Shown here piece by piece: positions 1 to 6,643 of a DNA stretch of 32,000 nt. Location of the stretch: positions 90,001-122,000 of the forward strand of contig FP565575.1 of assembly GCA_000091165.1 (NCBI GenBank). Direction: 5' to 3'. This stretch comes from Candidatus Methylomirabilis oxygeniifera (GTDB lineage Bacteria > Methylomirabilota > Methylomirabilia > Methylomirabilales > Methylomirabilaceae). The position numbers and the translations under genes are program-made. How positions within the stretch are numbered: position 1 is the first letter of the stretch; each line of letters opens with the position of its first letter. Under the pieces are notes generated by a model. The model was not told the origin of the DNA. It did not search any database and was given only the letters and a program-made list of their open reading frames with translations.

Positions 1-372
1 ACCCAGCACGTAAAAGCAGGGGATACCATTCCCTCGACCCCGAACCATCGGGTGAATGCGGGCATTCGTTACCATCTGTATAAGTGGCTGGCGCTTTCCC
101 TCGACTTGCACTATGTCGGTTCGCAGTACCTGCGCGGCGACGAAGCGAATACTCAGTCGAAATTGAACTCGTACGTCGTCATAAACGCTGGAATCGACTT
201 GCACTGGAAGCACCTCAAAGGCTTTGTGAAGATCAACAATTTGGGGAACAACAAGTATGAGACTTTTGGGACCTTTGCGCCTAACGCCAAGGTTGCCGGA
301 GACCCAATCGAACGCTTCCTGAACCCCGCCCAACCGATCAATGTGTTAGTCGGCGCCAGTTACCGATTCTAG
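1..372 (+). CDS. TonB-dependent outer-membrane receptor, C-terminal fragment (5' end lies outside the window)
   Basis: Frame 1 is open from nt 1. Translation ...AGDTIPSTPNHRVNAGIRYH...YLRGDEANTQSKLNSY...NNKYETFGTF...VGASYRF* ends in the terminal aromatic Phe typical of TonB-dependent beta-barrels. It is paralogous to the C-terminus of the full-length receptor at 23329-25674 (shared YLRGD..N.QSK and xxYET motifs). Confidence 0.8.
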   Translation, partial: TQHVKAGDTIPSTPNHRVNAGIRYHLYKWLALSLDLHYVGSQYLRGDEANTQSKLNSYVVINAGIDLHWKHLKGFVKINNLGNNKYETFGTFAPNAKVAGDPIERFLNPAQPINVLVGASYRF

Positions 373-516
373 ACGTGTAGGTATCCTTGATCTGCTCATC
401 ACATTGCGGAAAAAATAGTGTGCAGCAGTTAGGCCTTTCGACTGAAGACTGAAGGAGAACCACCTAACAGCCTTCAGCCTATCGACCTTCTGCCTTCTGT
501 GGGGGCGGCGCACGGT

Positions 517-662
517 ATCGGTGGTGGGGGCTGTTACGTGAGGTGGGTGTAATTTCACACACACCGACGTGCCTCTGATGGTTTCCCGGCATCGAATCGG
601 CCGCAAATGCTTGAATAACCAGACGATTGGCAGATTGGGCAGCGGCTGGAATAGTCCTTGCA
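517..662 (+). promoter_or_regulatory. Sigma-54 regulatory module, copy A: conserved upstream block ending in the -24/-12 element TGGAAT-agtcc-TTGCA (647-662)
   Basis: GG/GC spacing fits the sigma-54 consensus TGGCAC-N5-TTGCW. The element lies ~95 nt upstream of the kinase ATG. The whole 146-bp block is ~77% identical by hand alignment, with one 2-nt indel, to 17329-17476. It contains GGTGT-N10-ACACC (inverted repeat) at ~543-562. Confidence 0.6.
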
Positions 663-687
663 CACCTTACCACCTGTTTCACGCTCA

Positions 688-744
688 TCCCCGCTCCCCC
701 CAGCGGCTTGAGTCCTGGCACTTAGGCGCGAAGGGGAGCGGGGA
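688..744 (+). promoter_or_regulatory. 5' leader stem-loop of the kinase operon (12-bp perfect stem)
   Basis: TCCCCGCTCCCC (688-699) is the exact reverse complement of GGGGAGCGGGGA (733-744), with a ~33-nt loop. It ends 12 nt before ATG 757. The only purine-rich SD-like stretch (AAGGGGAG) sits inside the 3' arm. Confidence 0.4.
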
Positions 745-756
745 CCCTCACCACTC

Positions 757-2226
757 ATGCAGATCAGACGGAAGATCGAACTCGCCTTTGGCGTGATTCT
801 ATGCCTGCTGCTTCTCACCGCAGGGCAAGGATTGTGGATGTTCATCCACACAAAATCCGCGCTTGGCGAATTGCGTCAGGCGTTTTCTGATGTTCTGCTC
901 CTTGATGATCTGAAGGTGTTGATCTACCGACAGGCGAAAGAGATCCCGGACTACCTGACCGGACACGATCCCGATGCCAAAGAGGAATTTCGGAGTTATG
1001 CGGCGCAGATTGCGATGCGATTTCACGAGAGCGACAGGTTAGCCGGTACGCCCGTACAGGCGCGCTACCTTGGGGATCTCCGGCGGGCCTACGCCGCGCA
1101 TGCCCGTTTAGCGGATCGCATCTTCCGAGCCTATGACAGCAAACAGTACCGACGCGCCCTTGGCCTGATGGAGCATGATGTGGAGAACATTGCGCTCCCC
1201 GCGCTCGATCAGGCCGTCGCGTCCCTTCATCGGGCGCTGTATGCCTCGTCCTTCGAGCGTGTTATGGCGCAGGCTCAGTCGTTCGAACGAACGGCCCAGA
1301 TGGTGAGTCTCCTCGCCGTACTGACCACCTTTGGGGCCGGGCTCTTGATCTTCCTATGGCTGTCCCGCGGATTGGTCCGTCCGATCAATGCGCTGGTGGA
1401 GGCGACCCGTGAAGTCGGACAGGGGAATCTCGACATCCAAGGCCTGCCGGTCTCACGTGACGAGATTGGCGAGCTCGCGTCTGCATTCTCAGGTATGGTG
1501 CAGCGGATCAAGCATTTTCAAACCCAAATCGTCGAGACCGAACAGATGGCGTCCATCGGCGCCACGGCGGTCGCGGTGGCCCATGGGCTGCGGAACCCCC
1601 TTGCAAGCGTTCGAGCCTTGGCACAAGTCGCTCTTGTTGAGCATGAATCGTTCCCGGCTGTCAATGAGAGCCTTCACGAGATCATTGCTGAGGTCGATCG
1701 GCTGAATGCGCGCATCAGCCATCTGCTGACCTTTGCGGTCCCTGCCCGGTTGCACCCCGTGTCGGCAGATCTCAATGACGTGATTGAGCGCGTCGTCGCC
1801 GATTTCCAGCAGATCAAGCCGCAGCAGGTCGTCTTCGCCCTCCACCTTGACCCCGGATTGCCTTCCGTGCAACTCGATACGGTGCACATGAAGGAGGTGC
1901 TTCGAGAAATCGTCCTGAACGCCCTTGAGGCGATGCCGGACGGCGGCGACGTCCGCGTGGCAACGAAAAGGGGTGAGGGGCCGGAGGGGCGGCCCATACT
2001 GATACTGGAGGTAGCCGATACGGGTCGCGGCATCGCTGTCGAGGCGTTGCCGCACGTATTCGAACCGTTCTACACCACCCGTGCGGACGGAACGGGGCTC
2101 GGCCTGTCGATTGTCCGACGGCTTGTCGAGCAGCAAGGCGGAACGGTGGCGGTCGAAAGCCATCCTGGTGCGGGAGCTTGCGTGCGCCTGACCTTTCCAC
2201 TCCACGAACCCGGCGAGAGGATGTAG
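757..2226 (+). CDS. Membrane sensor histidine kinase (periplasmic helical sensor - HAMP - HisKA - HATPase)
   Basis: 489 aa. TM1 LAFGVILCLLLLTAG, then a ~150-aa extracytoplasmic region and TM2 LLAVLTTFGAGLLIFLWL. HAMP (RPINALVEATREV...EIGELASAF), H-box AHGLRNPL, N-box LNALEAM, G1 DTGRGI, G2 GTGLGLSI. Confidence 0.9.
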   Translation: MQIRRKIELAFGVILCLLLLTAGQGLWMFIHTKSALGELRQAFSDVLLLDDLKVLIYRQAKEIPDYLTGHDPDAKEEFRSYAAQIAMRFHESDRLAGTPVQARYLGDLRRAYAAHARLADRIFRAYDSKQYRRALGLMEHDVENIALPALDQAVASLHRALYASSFERVMAQAQSFERTAQMVSLLAVLTTFGAGLLIFLWLSRGLVRPINALVEATREVGQGNLDIQGLPVSRDEIGELASAFSGMVQRIKHFQTQIVETEQMASIGATAVAVAHGLRNPLASVRALAQVALVEHESFPAVNESLHEIIAEVDRLNARISHLLTFAVPARLHPVSADLNDVIERVVADFQQIKPQQVVFALHLDPGLPSVQLDTVHMKEVLREIVLNALEAMPDGGDVRVATKRGEGPEGRPILILEVADTGRGIAVEALPHVFEPFYTTRADGTGLGLSIVRRLVEQQGGTVAVESHPGAGACVRLTFPLHEPGERM

Positions 2227-2229
2227 GCC

Positions 2230-3606
2230 ATGGCGTTGAGCGTGCTGATTGTGGAGGATGAACGGAGTCTTGCGAAATCGATCGCGACTTTTTTGACCAG
2301 AAAGGGGCACAGTGTGGCGACGGCCGAGGATGGGGAACAGGGTTGGCAGCAGGCGCAGCAGCTCGACCCGCAGTTTGTCATCCTCGACTCGCGACTGCCA
2401 AGGATGGCCGGTATCGATCTCCTTCGAAAGGTCCGACAGATGAATCCGGCGACCGTGGTGATGATGACCACCGCCTATGGCACCGTCAATGACGCGGTAG
2501 AGGCAATGAAACTCGGCGCCTTCGACTATCTGGAGAAGCCGGTCGATATGGAGCGGCTGCAGATGATCCTGGAGCGAGCCGAAGAGCACTTTCGTCTCCG
2601 GCAAGAAATCGCCTACTACCGGGAGCGAGAGAGGCCGATCCTTGTGGGTCAGTCGCCGACGATCCAGAGGGTGTTCGAGAAATTTGACCAGCTCGCCACC
2701 CTGGGACGAACCGCCTCAATGCCCACCATCCTCCTGTTGGGCGAGACCGGCACGGGGAAGGGCGTAGTCGCTCGCCTGCTCCATGAACGGAGCGACCGTC
2801 GCGACAAGCCCTTTGTTGAGGTCAATTCCCTGGCGCTTCCGCCGACCTTGATCGAGGCGGAACTGTTCGGATACGAGCGCGGAGCCTTTACCGATGCGAA
2901 GACGTCCAGAATCGGTCTGTTTGAAGCGGCCGAGGGAGGGACCCTCTTCCTTGATGAGATCGGCGATCTCCCTTTACCCCTGCAGGGTAAGCTGCTGGCG
3001 GCGATCGAAAAAAAGATCATCCGGCGGATCGGAAGCGTGATCGATCGGAAGGTCGATGTCTGGATCATCACGGCGACCAATCGGGATCTCGACGCGTGCA
3101 TCAAAGACGGCACCTTCCGGGCCGACCTCTTTTACCGAATTTCCGGCATGACGATTCCACTTCCGCCGCTCCGTGACCGCGGGGACGACATCCTGTTGCT
3201 GGCACGGTATTTCGCGCGGACCGCGAGTAAGACCTATGGCAAACCGGAACCCACGATCGGCGAAGAGGCCGCCGAGGCGCTACGCCGCTATCACTGGCCC
3301 GGTAATGTTCGTGAGCTGTCACACGCCGTCGAGCAAGCGGTTCTGTGGGCGGCAGGGGAGACGTTGCACCCGGAGGATTTTCCGTTTGTGCGGACCGGCG
3401 TTGCAGTGCAGGTGGCGGATGCCTCCGGCGAAGAGGACAATGAGCATCATCACTGGAATCTCCATGAGATGGAGAAACGCCTGATCGAGAAGGCCCTGCG
3501 GCACACCGACGGCAACATTTCTCAAGCGGCCAGGCTGCTCGGCATTACGCGGGATATCCTCCGATACCGCATCGAGAAGTACCGCGGCCTCTCGTCTTCC
3601 CACTAA
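2230..3606 (+). CDS. Sigma-54-dependent response regulator (NtrC family enhancer-binding protein)
   Basis: 458 aa, starting 3 nt after the kinase stop. Receiver domain (LIVEDE...ILDSRLP). AAA+ core with Walker A GETGTGKG, sigma-54 contact loop GAFTDA (variant of GAFTGA, nt 2881-2898) and Walker B LFLDEIG. C-terminal Fis-type HTH ISQAARLLGITRDILRYRIEKY. Confidence 0.92.
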   Translation: MALSVLIVEDERSLAKSIATFLTRKGHSVATAEDGEQGWQQAQQLDPQFVILDSRLPRMAGIDLLRKVRQMNPATVVMMTTAYGTVNDAVEAMKLGAFDYLEKPVDMERLQMILERAEEHFRLRQEIAYYRERERPILVGQSPTIQRVFEKFDQLATLGRTASMPTILLLGETGTGKGVVARLLHERSDRRDKPFVEVNSLALPPTLIEAELFGYERGAFTDAKTSRIGLFEAAEGGTLFLDEIGDLPLPLQGKLLAAIEKKIIRRIGSVIDRKVDVWIITATNRDLDACIKDGTFRADLFYRISGMTIPLPPLRDRGDDILLLARYFARTASKTYGKPEPTIGEEAAEALRRYHWPGNVRELSHAVEQAVLWAAGETLHPEDFPFVRTGVAVQVADASGEEDNEHHHWNLHEMEKRLIEKALRHTDGNISQAARLLGITRDILRYRIEKYRGLSSSH

Positions 3607-3699
3607 AAACTCCGACTCGATCAGGGGTCAGGTATGACGTGTTGATGTTGTCAATCGCCATCCCTTTCGCGCGGCCTCACAGAGCTACTGCACCGTCGT

Positions 3700-3954
3700 C
3701 TAAAGATCCGGATCTCGCGTCATCTCCTCAACCAACCGCTGCAGTCCCCGACTCAATCCCCCCGGATCGTGCCCCAACATCCCGGCCATCGCGTGCATCG
3801 TCAGGTCGCCCACTTCTCGCCCGACTCCCGCCTGGAGCAACGGCAGATAGTGTTGACAATCGGCCGCATCGCGAAAGATCGGCCGGCCCTGATTGCCACG
3901 GCTGACCACGTGGGAGCTGGCGCCCGGATCATGGATGCGGGGCTTCCTCGCCAT
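3700..3954 (-). pseudogene. Internally deleted remnant of a Y1 (IS200/RayT-type, REP-associated) transposase
   Basis: MARKPRIHDPGASSHVVSRGNQGRPIFRDAADCQHYLPLLQ matches the conserved N-terminus of this family (MAR.PR..PG..YHV..RGN....F.D..D). Only ~85 codons remain and the catalytic core is absent. The last ~35 aa (AGMLGHDPGGLSRGLQRLVEEMTRDPDL) resemble the DnaA-like HTH tail some members carry. Confidence 0.6.
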
Positions 3955-4012
3955 GTCGATCATGTCCGCCATGCCATGTCACTTGTCAATACGTCACGCC
4001 TGACCCATTTAC

Positions 4013-4104
4013 ACACAATCAACGAATTGGCGGGTGAACCGTGGAGCATCTCAGGGCTGGCGTGGCGATTGCTCATTCCTCAGGTTGACGGATCTGAGGT
4101 GGCA
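4013..4104. repeat. Direct repeat R1 (~92 bp), partner at 5053-5139
   Basis: CACACAATCAACGAATTGGCGGGTGAACCGTGGAGCATCTCAG...GGCGTGGCGATTGCT...GGATCTGAGGTGGCA aligns to 5053-5139. I count ~9 mismatches and one 6-nt indel (~90% identity). The two copies bracket the vapBC module. Confidence 0.75.
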
Positions 4105-4150
4105 TGATCGAGGCTAGCGTCCTGAAAATATTCGCTGTATAGTGACTGAT

Positions 4151-4195
4151 GTCATTTCGGCCAAGCCCGCATAGCGGGCGCGAGCCGGAATCCAG
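4151..4195 (+). repeat. REP-like palindromic element (GTCATT.CGG...CCGGAATCCAG family)
   Basis: GTCATTTCGGCCAAGCCCGCATAGCGGGCGCGAGCCGGAATCCAG contains a CCCGC-ata-GCGGG hairpin. It shares both termini with the element at 5683-5734. It lies just downstream of the vapC stop. Confidence 0.4.
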
Positions 4196-4232
4196 GAAAT
4201 AACAGGAGTTCTGGATCTGGGCGGGCTGTGCG

Positions 4233-4637
4233 CTATACCGTCCAGACAGAGAGCCCGATATGGCGCGTCATGAGGTCAAAGTGCTTATCGCAGTGAAGAA
4301 GGTGGCACCGGTAGCTCAAGGCGACAGCGGCAATAAGATGATCCGTCGATGGGACGGACAAACCCTCTCGTCGAATTGTATGAGCAATCCCGTAGGCTGA
4401 TCTCCAGACTGACTCAGTAATCGGGAATCGTTGTAGTGCTTCCAAGTCCTCGCGCAACTCTCGGTACTCCGCCTCCGTCCGTGTGCCGGCGGCGAGCTCC
4501 AGAATGATCATTTCACACGTGGCTACCCGCCCCTCAGTCAACAAGCGACGGACTTCTTGTCGAACAGCGGGATCTCCAGAGGGCCGCAGGGCATGAATCC
4601 AGGCTGAGGTATCGATCAGAACCCATCCATCAGCCAT
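4233..4637 (-). CDS. vapC: PIN-domain ribonuclease toxin VapC
   Basis: 134 aa. N-terminal LIDTSAWIHAL with the first conserved acidic residue, and C-terminal LLHCDKHFDLM. It overlaps the upstream antitoxin gene by 8 nt, the classic type II TA arrangement. Confidence 0.85.
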   Translation of the reverse strand: MADGWVLIDTSAWIHALRPSGDPAVRQEVRRLLTEGRVATCEMIILELAAGTRTEAEYRELREDLEALQRFPITESVWRSAYGIAHTIRREGLSVPSTDHLIAAVALSYRCHLLHCDKHFDLMTRHIGLSVWTV

Positions 4638-4833
4638 CGGCGCGAAGCTTGGCGAGTTTCCTCGGAGTTAAGTCCAGAGGAAAGTGGCCAAGTTTTCCAA
4701 GGAGACGCTCGATCCGCTGCTGGCGGATAAGGGCCTCCAGAGAGCGGTGGATCACCTCCTTCTTCGTCTTGGCCTTGGTAAGCACCTGCGCCTGCTTGAG
4801 GAGCGTGTTGTCGATCTCTAGCGTTGTTCTCAT
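4630..4833 (-). CDS. vapB: Type II antitoxin VapB
   Basis: MRTTLEIDNTLLKQAQVLTKAKTKKEVIHRSLEALIRQQ is the typical VapB-antitoxin N-terminus. ATG 4833 has AGGAGG 7 nt upstream. The ORF-track start at 4854 lacks an SD. Confidence 0.8.
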   Translation of the reverse strand: MRTTLEIDNTLLKQAQVLTKAKTKKEVIHRSLEALIRQQRIERLLGKLGHFPLDLTPRKLAKLRADG

Positions 4834-4855
4834 TGTGGAACCTCCTGTATGCATA

Positions 4856-4884
4856 AAACTAGACCGATCTTTATGCTATGTCAA
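4856..4884 (-). promoter_or_regulatory. Putative sigma-70 promoter of vapBC
   Basis: On the minus strand: TTGACA (4884-4879), 17 nt, TAGTTT (4861-4856), followed by AGGAGG and the vapB ATG. Confidence 0.5.
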
Positions 4885-5052
4885 GTTTCTTCGGTCTGGT
4901 TTGTCGGGACTTGAGCCTGCCGCCTGGCTGTCGGAGGAAGGGCCCTGAGGCAGTACGCCACGTGGGCTTTCTCCCAATACCAACCGTATAGCGCAAGAGG
5001 GGAGCGGAGATGCGCCCATTGTCCGTCATCTCCCTCGACGGCCCACGTAAGC

Positions 5053-5139
5053 CACACAATCAACGAGTTGGTGGGTGAACCATGGAACATCTCAGATCTG
5101 GCGTGGCGATTGCTCCAGGTAGATGGATCTGAAGTGGCA
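5053..5139. repeat. Direct repeat R2 (~87 bp), partner at 4013-4104
   Basis: See R1. This copy abuts the integrase remnant. Confidence 0.75.
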
Positions 5140-5393
5140 GCCCCCGCGGCAAGCCACGGGGAATGAACCCCAGGTGGATTCAAGAGTTGCTGGGCCATCG
5201 GGATGTGAGCACGACGATGATCTACACGCACGTGTTGAACCGGGGCGGACGGGAGGTCAATAGCCCCGCTGGTCGACTCGGCTGCAAACTGAAGAGACCA
5301 TTGGAGTCTGCCGGAATAGCTGACAATTTCTTGTTAAGTATGGAAAAAGCTTGTAGGATTTGTAGCAATCGCAAAACCAACCAGTGGAAATAA
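5133..5393 (+). pseudogene. C-terminal remnant of a tyrosine recombinase of integron-integrase type
   Basis: ...[40 protein letters not shown] carries the catalytic-Tyr box [14 protein letters not shown] and the downstream LNRGG.xV.SP tail characteristic of IntI-type integrases. An in-frame stop lies at 5130-5132. The upstream ~270 codons of a normal integrase are absent. Confidence 0.7.
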
Positions 5394-5682
5394 GCTGGCC
5401 AATCTACCCAATAGTTCGACCCTGACGTTCGAAGCTCACAACGGGTGACAACCAGCGTCTTGTGAGGTACTCCCAAGCATCAAGACAAGAATCGGGGTTG
5501 GTGAAAGGAGGATTGAGCCGCAAAGCAACCGTCCGAGCATCTCCTCAGCGCACTCTTCTTCCGGGCCAACGACTGCATAGATCGATGAGCCTCTCCTCAG
5601 TGCCGAATCCTCAATATCCGCGCCAATTCTCCCGCCTTTCTCATGACCTGTTCTACATAACGACATTAGTCTCAGGCAATTT

Positions 5683-5768
5683 GTCATTCCGGGCTTGACC
5701 CCGGATCGGGTCCGGGGAAGGTTCCGGAATCCAGTACATTTCTAGATTCCCGCTTTCGCGGGAATGAC
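5683..5768 (+). repeat. Composite REP/MITE-like palindromic element
   Basis: It starts GTCATTCC and ends GGAATGAC (terminal inverted repeat). Internal hairpins are CCCGGATCGGGTCCGGGG and CCCGCTTTCGCGGG. The left half is a second copy of the 4151-4195 family. Confidence 0.45.
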
Positions 5769-5979
5769 GTCCGTTGTTACGACTTACGACGCTATGAATA
5801 ATTCAATGTTCGCTATGACCCGTTATCGACCTATCTACTGGTAAGCAGCTCTGGAACTCTGCGACTCTATCAGCTTTCCCACCTTCCCAGAAACCGTGTA
5901 GGTCGCGGGAATACCGCATGTGCCGTGGGCGCGCCCATGGGCATGAAGGCCAGAGGCCAGACCCCCGCGCGCTGCGGTC

Positions 5980-6069
5980 GTCATTGCGAGCGACCGAAGG
6001 GAGTGCGGCAATCTCATCGTAGTTGCCCCGAACGACTGTGAGATTGCTTCGGCGTCGCCTCGCAATGAC
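5980..6069. repeat. Imperfect inverted repeat / hairpin element (GTCATTGCGAG...GAGATTGC family)
   Basis: GTCATTGCGAGCGACCGAAGGGAGTGCGGCAATCTC (5980-6015) pairs imperfectly with GAGATTGCTTCGGCGTCGCCTCGCAATGAC (6040-6069). The 84-aa minus-strand ORF across it is probably just its translation. Confidence 0.5.
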
Positions 6070-6288
6070 ACGGGGGACTTTCTGAGCAATACCCCATGCG
6101 GCGACGCCGCACCACGGCGGATGAAAATGCTGGCTGAGGGAGAGTGGTGCCCGAGATGTCGGGTTACGCTGCGCTAACCTGACCTACGGCTGCTCCCGCG
6201 AGGGTCCACCTGCCATGCTGTGCCGCCGACAGAGGCGACGGTGTGAGTTCAACTGCAATATTCTGGTTGAAAGTCTGAGAAAGCGCCC

Positions 6289-6480
6289 GTCTGCGTGATA
6301 ATCCACACGACTCTCGTCGTGTATGCGAAAGTTCGCCCATTCACTCCTCGTAAGGTCACACGCACGGTTCCATCAGCATCGTGCCGATCGTTCGTTTTCT
6401 CAGCTGAGACAAGGGTTTACGAGCGCTTCTGCGACTACGACGATAGCCGTCAAAGGCGTGGCATCCCGCTTGCTAATCAT
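6289..6480 (+). promoter_or_regulatory. mxaF control region: conserved block with candidate enhancer site and sigma-54 promoter TGGCAT-cccgc-TTGCT (6459-6474)
   Basis: It aligns colinearly with 17501-17694. The blocks GTCTGCGTGATAATCCACA, CACACGCACGGTT and the -24/-12 element TGGCATCCCGCTTGCT are identical. TGCGAAAGTTCGCCCATTCACTCC (6324-6347, near-palindrome GCGAAAGTTCGC) differs from its partner at one position (G vs T). The promoter is ~170 nt upstream of ATG 6644. Confidence 0.65.
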
Positions 6481-6643
6481 ACCTCGTCGGCGTTGAGTTC
6501 AGCGCTGTTCCACGTGTAGCGGAGGAGGTTTAATGGAACAGTTTGCAGCATCGGCGCTGCGCGATCGGTGCAGGCAGATCGTATTGGGGAGTGTAAGCAG
6601 GGAAGCACGTCAAGGTGACCACAACAGGAAAGGGGGAGGAGTA

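Noticed and set aside
468-478. Shared 11-mer CAGCCTTCAGC downstream of the first receptor gene (468-478) and downstream of tonB (26990-27000), as a possible common element.
   Set aside because: Identical 11-mers are expected many times by chance in a 32-kb window read on both strands, and the flanking similarity is weak.
716-730. A perfect TGGCAC hexamer in the kinase leader, as a second sigma-54 promoter.
   Set aside because: No GC dinucleotide lies at the required spacing (the downstream sequence is ttaggCGCG, off by one). The hexamer sits in the loop of the leader hairpin.
3769-4107. 112-aa + strand ORF overlapping the transposase remnant.
   Set aside because: It is antisense to the only recognisable homology in the region (the RayT-like N-terminus) and extends into repeat R1. 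No motif support.
5331-5337. GTTAAGT matching the integron attC/attI core GTTRRRY near the integrase remnant.
   Set aside because: A degenerate 7-mer is expected by chance. It lies at the 3' end of the integrase stump, the wrong side for attI, and has no paired inverse core or attC-like secondary structure that I could find.
5835-6089. 84-aa minus-strand ORF; also the 5436-5687 (-) and 5462-5698 (+) ORFs in the same patch.
   Set aside because: They run across palindromic REP-like repeats and have no SD or recognisable domain. The peptide motifs are those typically produced by translating such repeats.
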